A model generated the notes under the pieces. The model was not told the DNA's origin. It searched no databases and worked only from the letters and a program-made list of their open reading frames with translations. From positions 6,812,299 to 6,876,298 of the forward strand of contig NW_002060943.1 in NCBI RefSeq assembly GCF_000150275.1: DNA of 64,000 nucleotides. The letters run 5' to 3'. Position 1 is the first letter of the stretch. Every line of letters starts with the position of its first letter. The translations under genes and the position numbers were made by a program. Shown piece after piece: positions 41,801 to 55,744 of the stretch. This stretch comes from Trichoplax adhaerens. Its lineage: Eukaryota > Animalia > Placozoa.

Positions 41801-42110
41801 TTTAATGGACAATTCTTGTACGTTTTGGAAGGAAGATTGTGGCAAGAAACAATTTTGTTGGCAATACGATAATGCAAAGTTATCTCTATACACATTTTTA
41901 GCTGTAGTTTTGGTCAAAGGACTTAAATTAGTTGTATATGGATTCCTGTGGTACTATCATCGACGACAAGACATGCATGATGTCAACCAAGAGACAGAAA
42001 GCAAAGATATAAAGGATAGTAGTATACCGGCAGCAAGAAAGGATAAAAAGTATAATCAAGACGAAAGAAAAGATCGCTTTACTGTAATTTCACATGAAAC
42101 TCAAGTTTAA
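38856..42110 (+). CDS. OATP/SLCO transporter, copy 4, subfamily B
   Basis: Exons 38856-39723, 39922-40334, 40657-40850, 40972-41140, 41306-41472, 41705-42110. DPRWIGAWWLGYL, IPQVEKRFNM, YLDENV, PVCGADKLSYISPCLAGC; ends ETQV. Confidence 0.95.
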
Positions 42111-44429
42111 GCGTTAATATGCCCATGTACTAGGTTGTAAAGAAGATCTTTTTGGAATTATAGAAAAATATCTTAGCACCCCTGTATATGAAACTACTGT
42201 ATAATTTGTAATGCTTTAAGAAATTATCTTGTTGTGGAAAATCAGCTGATCATTGATGTCTTTTAGATGCTTTCGAAAATACTGTTAATGGAAGTAAACA
42301 ACAAACGACGGTCTTGCAATATGCGCCTTAGATAGCATTCTAGTACTGTGCCACTGTTTATCACTCTAGATTACCCTAATTAATATACGTGTAGTTCCTA
42401 TTTCTATTGTGTCGTAATAGTTAGTGTGATGTACAATTGTACAGTCTGTTATACGACAACAGATATTAACAGAAGAAATTGGCGTTATATTTTTAGTTTG
42501 TCTTCCAGGAAAATTTATTTTATCTATTAATCTTATTAATTGAACAGGCCTAACTTGCTGATTTCGATAAAAAATTTTAAGTACCAATCTACTGTATCTT
42601 TAAGATCTTATCGACTATGGGTAAGATAAATGTAAGTTACAAAAATTAGGAAAATTTGCTGGTAAATATTCCTTGCATCAGGTAATCTGATTTTCACCTA
42701 ACTTATATTCATAACTAGACTCAGCTGTAATATTTACTACAATACATAATATTACAGTGGCAAATAATAAACGATTGGCAATAAACATTATGTGAACTAA
42801 CGGTTATTCCTCTTATTTCACAAATTATTGTGAATTCTTGTATGTATTAATGGTAATGTTAAATTTATGATACTGTCGTAAATCAAATATGAACAACATG
42901 TCAATGGCAATCAACGACTTAGTAGGATCTGTACCGTTAAACTATACGAGATGTAAAAATCCAGTACACCGTATTCTTGCTACAATCAACTAAAATTATA
43001 CCATTTTTTCCTGATGTTATCTTGCTAGCTAAAATTTAGACAATATTCTATTGAACAGAGCAACTATAAATTAGATCTAGTTACGATTTCATTACTAATA
43101 CGTAGCTACAACAAGGCAGATAATGACATTGCCAACCGAAGCCCTGTGACTAGATTTTATATTCCGAGTTTACAGAAAATAACACGAATTCTGTTCGGGA
43201 TTTAGTTTGTCCCTACTTAAGGCTATATCTTAGCATTTGATCTCACCTCTAGCGAGCGTATAGAGAATTTAAATTTTTCCCGAGTTATTATTAAATACGT
43301 ACAGTATAATTGCACATTCCCTACTGTATTTAACAATACTCAGAACTTTATTCTTCGCATTTTCTTATTAAATACGCTGTACGAACGGAGTAGCTACTGA
43401 AAACCTAGATAAAAATATCTATGGCACCAAAGCATATAATTAATAGCTTGCGTGTCTTCTAGAATTAAAAATAATTACCTTCAGGCAAAATTCTCATGCT
43501 AGTCAGATACGTATAAGAACAATGCAGAGGATTTATCAATGTTATTAGTAATTTTAAAGCACGAATTAGGATTAATTGCAGGAATTATTTTCATTATTAA
43601 TAGCAAATAATATTTACGTAATATCGTAGAATTTGAACTGTAGATGATAATAGATCAATTTATTTATTTATTTCAAACTCTTCTTCGCTCAAAATGATAA
43701 TTTAATACATATGCTACGTAACGAGAGTATCATTTAAATTTATTGATTACAATTACTGACACACAATCTGTTAAATGCATAGTCTGCTCCTCCTTCAGCT
43801 AATTTAATCTTCTTATAAATTACATACTTGTAAGTAGTCTAATCACGTTAGCAAATGTGGTAGTTAAGCTTAATTTCTGCCAGTTAGTTAGATACTTCAT
43901 AAAAAGACTTAGTGAAGGTTTCAAATTGAGCTCTTACAGTAAATATACTGACTTAGAAGTTAGAAGTGCAGCTTAAATCTATCCATTTGACCTACGGTAC
44001 AAATCGTACTAAAGGGAAGTGCTGCATGTTAGCAATACCAATTTCTGAAATTATCTTAGTCGATTTATTAAAGCTCAAGTAAATCATTCTAAGGAATAAA
44101 ATAGGACGATATCCCTTTCCTGTTCATTTGTTTTGATTTTACAATCTTACCGGAATGCTTTCATGCTAAAATGATAGTTTTCGTTCAATATTATTTTGAT
44201 TATATTTTATTGGATTAATGTTAATCTAAATTATAATTCATCACTATTTCCCAGTCATAAGTTTGACTCGTATACTAATTTCTTAAAATCTAAAGATCTT
44301 ATGGCAAAGTAAGCTATGCTAATTAATTACTAAGATTAAAATCAATCGTTTTTTTCACATTAGCTTATTTATAATGACAATATCTGTAAGCTAGCTAGCA
44401 GCATAGAAATAAAATCTAATCCTTAATTT

Positions 44430-46118
44430 ACTTCAGGAAGATCTAGATAGCATCTTGTTGTTAGAATCAGTATTATACTATACGCTTTGTCACTTTCTGT
44501 CCGTAAGATCTGTGATCTAACGAGAGGGCTTATTTATATCCATTTACAATAAGCTATCAGACTTCGAATTCCATTACAAGGAAATGATGATTTAGTCCAT
44601 TTTGAAGAAATTATCTCGGTACAAGATCTAACGCTATCATTATATTCTTAATAGACATTTAATAACTGATTGCTAGTTTTAATCTTCTTACCAAAACTGA
44701 AAAATCATTGTATTGCCAGTATTTTCATTTAATTGATGATTGCATGTTCTAATATGCAGCATATTAATGCAGACATGTAAATATGAAACAAGTTTAAATT
44801 TTATTATATATTGAGCATGGATTCCTTACGAAATACTAGAATCTAGTCGGTTCCAAAATAACTCAATTCCGCTTCTATGAACGTATTTTGAACTTTCTCC
44901 TTTCATTTGCACTACTGATGTCTTGCGAGAACCCTGCGATTGCTGGCTTATTCATATCTTATTCCCATCCATCCAATACTACTGTGACCTCAAGTTATCC
45001 AAGGTAGCAGATAATAAACCTTGCATCTATTACAAAAGCGATAAACTTGGTATATATTTGTACACATATCTAAATAGGTAATCATTATATTTCACAAAAT
45101 TGTAACTCAATTAACTTTAACTGCCGCATATAATATCAAATGACATTACGATCAAAATTTATTTAGCCCAGTATGCGAAGATAATGGTATCAGCTATTCT
45201 ATTAGAGAAAATTTTTAGACTTTATTAATGATATTAAAGGTGGTGTTGAATTCTGTAGTAATAGAGCTGACAAAGCTGAGTTTTTCCCTTCCTTGAAAGT
45301 AATATAAGGAGAACTTAGGAAATAATGAATAATGTTGCAATTTATAATTTGGTTAATACGGGTATAGAATTATTCCAGATGCAGCTGCATTAGCTCTATT
45401 GATAAGAATATTGTTACTTATGGAATATGCCAAGCTAAAATTGCTCTCTCATATATCTTTTGATAATTGGAATTACGATTATGGTTGCCCTAACATTTTT
45501 ATCCTTTTCTCCTACATTAACCGAGTTACTAAGGTACATTTGATCGATAATTTCACTATTTGTTTATGGAAAACCATTAACAGTTTAATCCCAATTTTTG
45601 CAGCAACGCTAGATATTACATTAATATCATAGTGTATTAAGTTCTGACAAATATGTAGTTGTTATGGTTATCGGCTATTTATCAACTTAGGAATATACCT
45701 GAAAGCCAAAGAACTTTTGGAATGGGTGTCCATGGATTAGTATATATGGATTATAAGGAGAACTACTCGGTTCAACTATTTTTGGATATACTATAGATGC
45801 CTCATGTTCATTGTAGAACGAGCAATGTCACGAAAGACAGTTTTACTGGCGATATAGCAATTGCAGATTATCAATATATACATATTCATTTTAGTTATTA
45901 CTTGAAAAAGCCTTAATTAAGCTATCTATTCATTTCTATGGTACTTTCATAGGAAACAAGAAAGGATTTAGAGTATAACGAGATTGTAGGTGAAATAGTA
46001 GACAGTCAGAATAAATAAATGGTCGCGTAAATGCGGAAGAATAGGATTGCAATACAAATCAGATCTGAAGTTAGATCTGACATAGCATGTAGTACTTAAT
46101 TTTATAGCGCAAGTTTAA
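44430..46118 (+). pseudogene. OATP/SLCO pseudogene 1 (subfamily B, most like copy 5)
   Basis: Exon-3 relic ~44819-45003 reads GFLTKY*NLVGSKITQFRFY...LLMSCENPAIAGLF. Exon-4 relic ~45120-45200 reads NIK*HYDQNLFSPVCEDNGISYS. Exon-5 relic from 45368 reads NYSRCSCIS... Exon-6 relic from 45691 reads NIPESQRTFGMGV..., has stops and frameshifts, and ends ...AQV* at 46118. Exons 1-2 are largely eroded, so the start is approximate. Confidence 0.9.
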
Positions 46119-48711
46119 GTAAAGAATATTAAGTTATATCAGGTGCTAACAGTATAATATTATAGTTTCCTAGCATCAGCAGCGTTTGCTTGTAAACTTT
46201 AGATGTAAATTCTGGATAACCAGCATAATTTAGAACATTATGGTATACGTTATGGTACGAATACTATCATTTTAAAATAATATTTTACCGGTGTTTTAGG
46301 TTTCTATCTTATAATATCTAAATAAATACTCTCCTTTACGCAGTTAAATCTCATAAATTCTCTTACTAAAACAAAATAGCATTGTATAAGTCTTGATACT
46401 GTATAAATTTGTGTAAAGCTAACTGAAAGATACTGCAAATTAGGAAATGGAACTATTACTGATATATATCTTAATGCATAAATTTTCAAAATATAGGTTA
46501 CAACCGAAAATGATAATCCAATAAATTAGTAATCAGATCGATAAAAACTGATAATTTACTGTTGTAGATCATATTAAATAGAAGAAAAACCTGTGATTAG
46601 AAAGATTGAAATGGAAGCATATAAAATTGCCTCCACATATATCAGTAGCAATTCACTGGCGTGGAGATCTACACAACGTATCATTTTTAAGCTACTGAGT
46701 AAGTATTGATTTGCTGAGGATTACGTAGATGATTCAAAGACCCATGACACCAGCGGATAACTTACTAGTTACCCTGATCTCGATATTTAATTAGCGAACA
46801 AAATACATAGAGAAATGCTTAGGCTAGCATAACTAACTTCATACCAGCTAAGATAGCATAGCTAATATCATTAAGCGTAGACAGTTTTAATTATTGCTTT
46901 AGGAATTTTTTTAAACGTTTATGAGAGCCTTCTAAAATTGACGTTTCATGTTCTCTATGCAGCAGACTAAAATTTTGGATATCATGACTATGGTAAAAGA
47001 TATACTCAATATGGGTAGAATAAATTCCTAAGTAGCCCTAAAGGCAATACAATATGCAATGACCTTTGCTTTTTAATGTAAACTATTGCAATTTAAATCT
47101 ACATGACTATATTGCTGCCACTTTTGTAACACAGAAACTGCTTTCAATGACAGTTAAGCACTGACACCAGTCTTCATTAAGATCAAAACTAGAACTCTCT
47201 TTATTATAAAAGCAACTCGATTTTATACCTTCTATCTATTTGTGAGATGCTACTGCATATATATTTATACATGGAACTTAAATTAATACGAATAATTAAT
47301 TAATATCCGCAGTTGTATATTCTTAGATTTAAATTAGCATAACTTTAAGCTTTACTTTAAAATACGTTAGAGCACGTATATAACATAAGATTAACAATGA
47401 TTAGAACATGATTTAACCTTTTTAACTCTTCTATAAACTAGGTATCTAACCAATGACTAACAATCTACATACAGTATACAGTATAGCATAACTTGTTGCG
47501 ATGCTAGTGCCATGAAGCAATGTCAATTACATTGCAGATATACAGTTTGATACTCCACATAGTAAGGTTTTCATCAAGTAGTGATAAAAAATGGAAATAT
47601 TAATTTAATTTAAAGAATTTAAAGACCGCCCTTATTCGAAGAAGAGATGGTATTTTAAACGTTAATACTTTTTTACAGTTGCTTGCAACAATGCCTCAAA
47701 TCAAAGCTCATAATGCAGCGTTAACTGTTTTAAAAGTGACTTCTTACCAATGGTTAAGTACCTGCATCATTCTTATCAACTATACTAATTAGGAATTTGC
47801 TGAAGATATTCGATCACCTGATTTGCAATCAGCAGTTAAGGTGATAATAAAACCCTTCAATGACCCTATAACCTTATTTTACCTATTAGCATAATCAATC
47901 ATGGCAATTGGCTGTTAAGCAGAGCTAGAAAATAATATATTCCTGACTAATCAAATAGATCATTTACTATTATATAGTCAGCTCATTAAATCATATTGTC
48001 AGACGAACGATTAAAATCAGTCTAGATATATAGTTCAGTTACAAGGAATTCTAAATCATCAATCAATACAGCGACTAGATAAGTGTTATCAACAGCTAGA
48101 TAACTATTTCATCAAATAGCAGGGATATCTTGATCACTGTAAAGGTACTAACGCCTTGAAAAACTCGCCAGTGTTGCATATTAAAAGTATATAAACAGCA
48201 ACTTACAAGTTTTAAAGGTGCGTCATAAATGAAATAGATATTTTATAATCCAAGAAGCTACTACACAGCGAACATAGAACGTTACGTAAAGATTGATTAG
48301 CGTACGCATATGAATGCTAGTATCCACTTTATCTCTCCTAAATTTATAAGATCCATCTTGAAATAAATTATCCATGAAGAGTTAATAATTAAAGCCGGAG
48401 TACAATAAGGATTGCCCCCTGTATGAATGCCAAATTATGCTACGTCATTTAAATATATAATGACTGCTAAACAATAATGTTAAAGACTATTAATAAGGCA
48501 GTAGCAGAAGAGTAAAAGTCTTTACTCTAGCTATTTCGAGAGAATCAAGATCATATCCTGCTACTAGAATTTATAGGTAAACATCCAATTTCATTAATTT
48601 TATACTACTATGAAACAATGCTTCCTGGAATGTATCTGCAATTTTATTGTTTTTCTATCCATGCTAATTAAATAATCATTTTTGATGCCGCTTTACCTTT
48701 TTTGCTGGTAT

Positions 48712-49420
48712 AATTTACCTACGATAGCATTGCTACATGTATCAAAATCTAGATTGATAATCCTCCTGTTAACAGACTACGTAAAGTACAAATTGTAAAG
48801 ACAGCTGTAAATTTAAAATCTGAAAGCTCAAAATTAATAGTAACATAAAAATTTTTCATAGATGCTTAATGTAATTACTTTAATTATAGAGCAGTTTACG
48901 TCTTACACGAAATAGAAAAGTATTCATATTTATGGTCGTTTAACAGTTTACGCTTTGAAGTTATTTTCGTCGATTTAAGAGATAATTTGAGGACATTTAT
49001 ACCCTTTTCTTTGCTTTCATATCTAATATTTCTTTCTCCTAATATTTTCTGTTATACAGTAGAATGTAATACAACCAATTACTTACGATACCACTACTAC
49101 ATGTATCAAGGCATAGACTATATAATTACTAATCCTCATGTCAACAAACTAGATGAACTATAAATTGTGAAGGAACGACTGTAAATTTAAAATCTGAAAG
49201 CCCAAAGTTAATGCTAACTTACAAATTTTGCCATAGATGCCTAATGCAATTCCGCTTACTATAAATCAGCTTACATTTTACATGAAATAGCGAAGTATTC
49301 GTTATTTTCGTGGATTTGAGAGATAATTTGGAGACATTTTATCCCTTCAACTTTGCTCTCATTGTACCTTTTTAATGTACCTATCAATAACATTTCTTTT
49401 TCCTAATATCCCACATCTAG
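48712..49420. repeat. Diverged ~350-bp tandem duplication in the presumed 5'UTR intron of OATP copy 5
   Basis: Copies at ~48712-49059 and ~49077-49420 share blocks in the same order, e.g. CTACATGTATCAA, CTGTAAATTTAAAATCTGAAAGC, CATAGATGC, GTTATTTTCGT and GAGATAATTTG. Confidence 0.85.
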
Positions 49421-49486
49421 AGAGCAATATAAGACCGAATTTATGCAGTTAAGCCACAATATAATTTCAAACTTGCGGAATACACC

Positions 49487-52400
49487 ATGAAATCTCCAAA
49501 GGATAGCGACGATTTGGATAGAAATCAATCCAATGAAAGTAACTCGAGTCGAGTTGATGATCAACAAGTAAAAAAACCATCAACAAGATTGGGTTATTTT
49601 AACTATAGGCCGGATTACTTGCAACGTTTTAACACACCACGTTGGCTATTAGCGGTATTATGCCTTTATGTAACAGCAATCAATGTCTCACTATTGGGGT
49701 TTCGCGGTGTTGTTGTGCCACAAATTGAGAAGCGATTTAATATGACTTCTACCTTTATTGGTACAATTATGAGTTCTGTCGATATTGCTAACGGAGTTAG
49801 TGGTATTTTGTTAACTTACTATGTTGGACAACGCCATAAAAGCAAATGGATTGGCTACGGAATTATTAGCTTTAGTGTTGGCTCTTTCGTATTGCTAATA
49901 CCACATTTTATAGCTGGCTCGTACTACTATGGAGATATAACTATTAATAATTCTTCACAAACCAATATTCTATGTAGAAGTCATTCCTTCAATGCTTCCC
50001 ATGCTTTTTGTAATAATATAGCTCATCAGAGTACACCGTGGGTTTATCCATTAATATTTATTGTGGGTCTCACATTATGTGGTATCGGGTTTAGTATTGA
50101 ATACAATGTAGGTTTAGCTTTCATCGATGAGAACGTTAGCCCAACTATTTCGCCATTATATATTGCTATTTTTCATATGATGGCTGTATTAGGACCCACA
50201 CTAGGCTATGTTGTGGGCGGAATCTTTAGCAATATATACATTGATTGGCCAGTTGTTCCAAAAGGTATGAATGCTATTATAGCATACATTAGTTAAAGCT
50301 GTTCTAGAGCTAAATAGTACATGTCTAATAATAAGACTTGGTTGACTAATTTAAACATATCTAGAAAATAACACGTAAAATAACTAATGCGCAATAATAT
50401 AATTACTAATTTAGCAAATGCTAGTATTGTGCTTTAATCGATTCACTAAAGATTGTAAACTTTATTTTAATTCTTTTAAATTATTTCTAATTCCCTCCAG
50501 TTTATAAAATTGTTAATACGAGGTTTCATTGACTTATTCGCAAATTTCAACTGGAATGAACAGAATATTAATATTAAATGAAATGCTTAATTTCAACAAT
50601 TTAATAAATCTAAATTGTTAACTGTAAATTGAATACAGACTTGAATTCTAGTGATCCTCGATGGATCGGTGCTTGGTGGCTAGGGTATTTAATTGTCGGA
50701 TGCATCACCTTGGTATCATCAATTTTCATCTTTGCATTCCCCTATCACTTGCCTACTTATCAAAAAAGTAGAATTAAAAGACTTATTCAATCAAAATCGA
50801 CTAATAAACCTGTAGATGACAGTCAGTATGGTAAACGTTGGGCTGATTTTCCGCGTGCTTTCTATAACGTTGTCAGCAATCGAATATTCTTACTAGCAGT
50901 TGCTGGCATAAGTATCGACCAAGTTCTAGTTATTGGCTTTTCCACTTTTTTACCTAAATACATTCAATCGCAAAGTGGAGCATCTTTACTAACAGCAACG
51001 ACAATCTCTGGTACAACTGTTGTCATTAGTGCAGGTATTGGACAAATCTTGGTAAGACCCTTCAAAAATAGACTATCTAAAAATTTACAATCTTGTGATC
51101 TTTCCGCATATTATATATATCATATTATAGTAGTCGATGCAGTGTATAGAATCGTTTCTTTTACCCTATATTAAGTGAATACAGCATCCATAAGAAATAT
51201 TTTTGTATCGATATTAAAATTGATGTGGATTTTGTCTACATAATCATCTATATCGAATATTCTATCGCTGTATAGATTCTCCGACATTAATACATATGTA
51301 GGATAGCTACTAATGATCACCCTAAAGCAAAATTCAGCAACGATAGACCAAAAGACAGTCTCAGAATATTTTTAATAGAGCCATATTCTCATAAATTAAT
51401 TTTCATTTTAGAGATAGAAAATGCGCGAGAATTATTTAGAACAAGATATTTGAGATTAAGCATAACCCTTTATAGTGTCGTGCTGTATGAGTACTTACTT
51501 TGACTGAAATGAAATTTAAAATGGCCAGAATGTTCAATTTATCCAGTTGATGATTGGATATGTCTGAGTTAAGCGAAATCAATGCAAACTGCCATATATC
51601 ATTCTAATACCTTTATTAGGGTGGATTCATTACAAAGCGCTGGAATTTAGTGGGCTCTAAAATATCCAAATTTTGCTTCTTTGTCTGTATTATGAGTTCC
51701 CTTTCCACGTTTGTACTACTCATTTCTTGTGATAATCCTAAAATTGCTGGTTTATTCGTGCCATATCCTCATTCATCTAACGTTACTATGAGTTCAAAAT
51801 CTCTCAGGTATGTTAGGATATTAGAATTCATTTCATTATAGAGTATGCCTGCGATTTATTAGGCTGTATATAATCTGCCGCTATTAATACATACATGCAA
51901 AAATTCTTATTAACAGAATGGTGAACCCTATTAATCCATTAGTAGCTTGCAACGCCAAATGCTATTGTGACCAAAATCTATTTAGTCCTGTCTGTGGAGA
52001 AAATAGCATTACTTACCAGTCTCCCTGTCATGCTGGGTGTAATATCACAATTAGCAATGGCAATATAATTAATACAGTAAGTTCCGTAAAGAAACTAAGC
52101 ATCAGTTCTATTATTACGATTAAAGATATTATTGTCTCTATGCAAGAATAGAATGAATAAATTGATAATTAGAAATAGTATATCCAAGTATTAAGAATGA
52201 TTATCATCACTAATAACATCAACGTTTTACAATTATCATATATAGAATTACTCTAGATGTAGCTGCATAAACTCTGGCAGCGAGAACATTGTTTCAACTG
52301 GAGCATGTTTAAGCCAAACCTGTTCCCTGATATATCCTTTAATAATTGGAATTATGATTATGGTTTTCACCACGTTCTTATCTTTTACACCTACGTTAAC

Positions 52401-52980
52401 CGTAGTATTAAGGTATATTACAATTAAAAATATGCTACTTAATCACAAACTGATTTCGTACTTAAAATACAAATCTAACCACCATCTTATCATTCGATAT
52501 CAATGTTTGTATGATACAATCCTATTGTCAATCATTTATCAACATAGGAGTATTCCTGAAAGTCAAACGACGTTTGGAATGGGCGTTGAAGGGGTAATAT
52601 ATCGAATATCAGGTGGATTACTTGGTCCAGTTATATTTGGATATGCTATGGATAGTTCATGCTCGTTGTGGAATGAGCAATGTGACCAAAGACAATTTTG
52701 CTGGCGATACGATAACCAAAAACTAGCATTATACATATTTTACATTGCTCTTGCTTGCAAATGCCTTAAAGTGTTTATTTATGCAATGTTATGGTACTTT
52801 CATCGCAGAGAAGAAATGTATTCTGCTGGTAAAATAAATGCAGAAGAAAAGGAAAAATCTTCATTAGCAAATGGCAACAACGAAAAGAACGGATTGGGAT
52901 CTACAGTTGAACCTAAAATTAGTTCTGAAAGAACAACTGCCGCTGTAGTTTATGCATTTCCTCTAGAAACTCAAGTTTAA
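49487..52980 (+). CDS. OATP/SLCO transporter, copy 5, subfamily B
   Basis: Exons 49487-50264, 50639-51051, 51620-51807, 51917-52076, 52246-52412, 52548-52980. DPRWIGAWWLGYL, PVCGENSITYQSPCHAGC; ends ETQV. Confidence 0.95.
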
Positions 52981-55744
52981 AATATACGATCAATATGAAT
53001 ATGTACGCATTCATAGATAGTACAAGAACATTATTATAATTTTTTCAACGATCGTCATAGTGTTAGCTAGAACATAACTGTAGCTTGGTAATATTAATAA
53101 ATTTTACAGGTCACGCTACTACATATTTTTAACTTTTAGTGCAATTTCGCTTTAAGATAGCTGAAACATTTATACGCTTTGCAACTAATAAATTTAAGAA
53201 AGATGCGATATAATATCTCCCTCTTAAATGTAATTTATCAAAGATTTAACTAGATATGGTACCTTACTCCTAAAGTTAGCATCTTTAACTAGCGCAAATC
53301 GCTATTTTGCATACAGCTTAAATTAAATAGTACCATATATACTAAGCAATAATAAATTTGTATCGTGTAAATTGAACACGAATTTTCATGATCATCAACC
53401 GTTCTAAATAGTTTTTGAGCTATCTGAAGAATTTATTTAAGCCTTCTTAAGAAGTGAAAGCATGAGGTTATGAGTATTGGCTTACATATACGAATATTAT
53501 TTACGACTACATCTGTTTATATCGTATAACAGTAGGCGTTCTCACTATCCTTAATGTTTCGATATTACTCTACGGTCCACAATGTTAAACCTATGAGAGG
53601 AAAATTACTATCGATTTTAGTAGACGGATCAATTTTTCAATTGTACACATTTTTGGGGAGACATCATTCGTATCAGCTAAAGGTAATAAATTTTCCAACA
53701 TTGTACAACTGCAGATTATGCTATTCTATGTATACCGCAACATGCTACTGATACTAAAGTAATTATTCCTTCTGAAATGGCTATTCTTAATCATGCAATC
53801 ACAGCATTTCATCATGATAATTGAGAATATAGTAGTCCATCATCAATTCATCTATTGCCTTACAAACTCGAAATATGTCTTATAATCCAATTTATGCAGT
53901 AGATAAAATAATTTAATTTAATTTGGAGAATAGCGTCTACACCTTACGGAAGACAACAAACTCCTTCGAACATAGGACTACAAGGTATTCCATATACCAC
54001 AGATACAATAAACTGTGAAACCATGTTAATAACTCAAATACTATTAAGCAAGTCAAAATTGTTTAAAAATCAGAAGCAAAAATACGAATTAGCAGTGTCT
54101 GTAAGTACTATACAATGGAGCTTTGCGTAACTGGCACCGACAATAGCCCATTAGTATTATATTAATGTAAAAGCTTCGTTGTAATCTATCAAAAGCATAA
54201 TTTTTAAGTATCAAGAATACTATAAATCATCAATAATATTGAAGCAGCTGATTTTAAAGCTTTAAGTGCCTAGATAAAGCAAATATTTAACTTTATTGGA
54301 GAGTTAAAATAGCATTTTTACAGCATTTAATAAAATTGAGGAATCTTTAAGACGGTATTTGATCATTACATAGAAGAAGGCCAATAGCTTCTAAGAATTA
54401 CAAATAAGTCGCAAAAATACTAACAAGATCCAAATACTCGTATGGGTATTTAAATTGGAAGGTGATCAAGTAAACCGGCCCTAAAACGATCATTAGCAAC
54501 TGTAGAAACTCAGAATTCCTCACTAGCAATTGACTAGAAGATACACTAAGCTACTCCGTTGTAAGCATCGTTTGAAGTGTTGCTGTTAGAAAGTTAGAAA
54601 TCTTATTACACTTAAGGTTTATTATTAATAAATTACCTTACAGTAGACAAGATTATTAATCTCCGACTCCCTCTAGGGTAAAATTGACATTGTTACCAGA
54701 AAATTTATGAAACCTTTGGAAATCGATTGAAACATAAGATGTACATAGGTATGTATAAACACCTTGTATGCTTTAGATCATAGCTTGCATGGCCGCAAAA
54801 ATGAAAAACCCGCCCATTTCTATCCTGCAATCAACTACAATACATTTTCCATAAATGCAATATGGCAATTATTTACTTAGTAAGATTCAGACGCGTAATT
54901 AGATTACAGCTACAATATCAGAAGAAATAGCAGCAATATAATTTACGCTAGCATATTTATATGCTTAACCTTTTCTTGACCTTTCCCGTAAGAAGCGATG
55001 AACCTAGGCACATATTTACTAACTTTTTAAGCTTAACTATGGTTTGACTGTCCTATTCCAGGCTATTCCAATCTGCAGATAGACAGAATTCAATGTCAAC
55101 AACCTAAAGGATCGCATAATGTGATCAAGAACATCATCTTTAATATCGGTATCCATTCATTCTATAAAAGCATAACATCTTGAATTGCGTAAAATGAAAA
55201 TTTTAAAATTATTTAGAATCCATCATAGTTAACAAACACGAGTGCATTCCTAAAAATTTTAGCTGGAGCCAGCCTTATTGATCTAGTAGGCTAAATATGG
55301 TTGATTAATTAAGCTGTACAGCCTATTAGTTTCATTGCTGTAACTAGACTCATTGGCCATGAGTATATACCATGCTTTAATGCAGAAATAGTAGAAATGC
55401 ACTACCTTTAAGGGTAGGGTAGTGTTGCAGTACCATAAATTAAAAACGATTAATGATATCAATATCTATCAGATACTTATCAAGATCTTATACTTATACA
55501 GATCAATATTTATCAGATACAGAGATAGATGCTATCAATATTTCCGGTAAAAGTGTTGCTAATTTTGTAGTTTTTTTGCTGGACATTATAAAGTGGACGG
55601 ACAGATTATAAAATCATTTATTTAAATATTCTACTTTATAATATTTGTGTCACATAATTTCATGACAGAGTCATAGGACTCATAATTGAACATAAACTAA
55701 TTTTCTACCAAGTTTCAATCCATTTAATGTTAATAGTAAATTAT

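Noticed and set aside
46900-47010. Another OATP exon-6 trace (TTTAG|GAAT, DVSCSL)
   Set aside because: Similarity is too short to distinguish from chance by eye.
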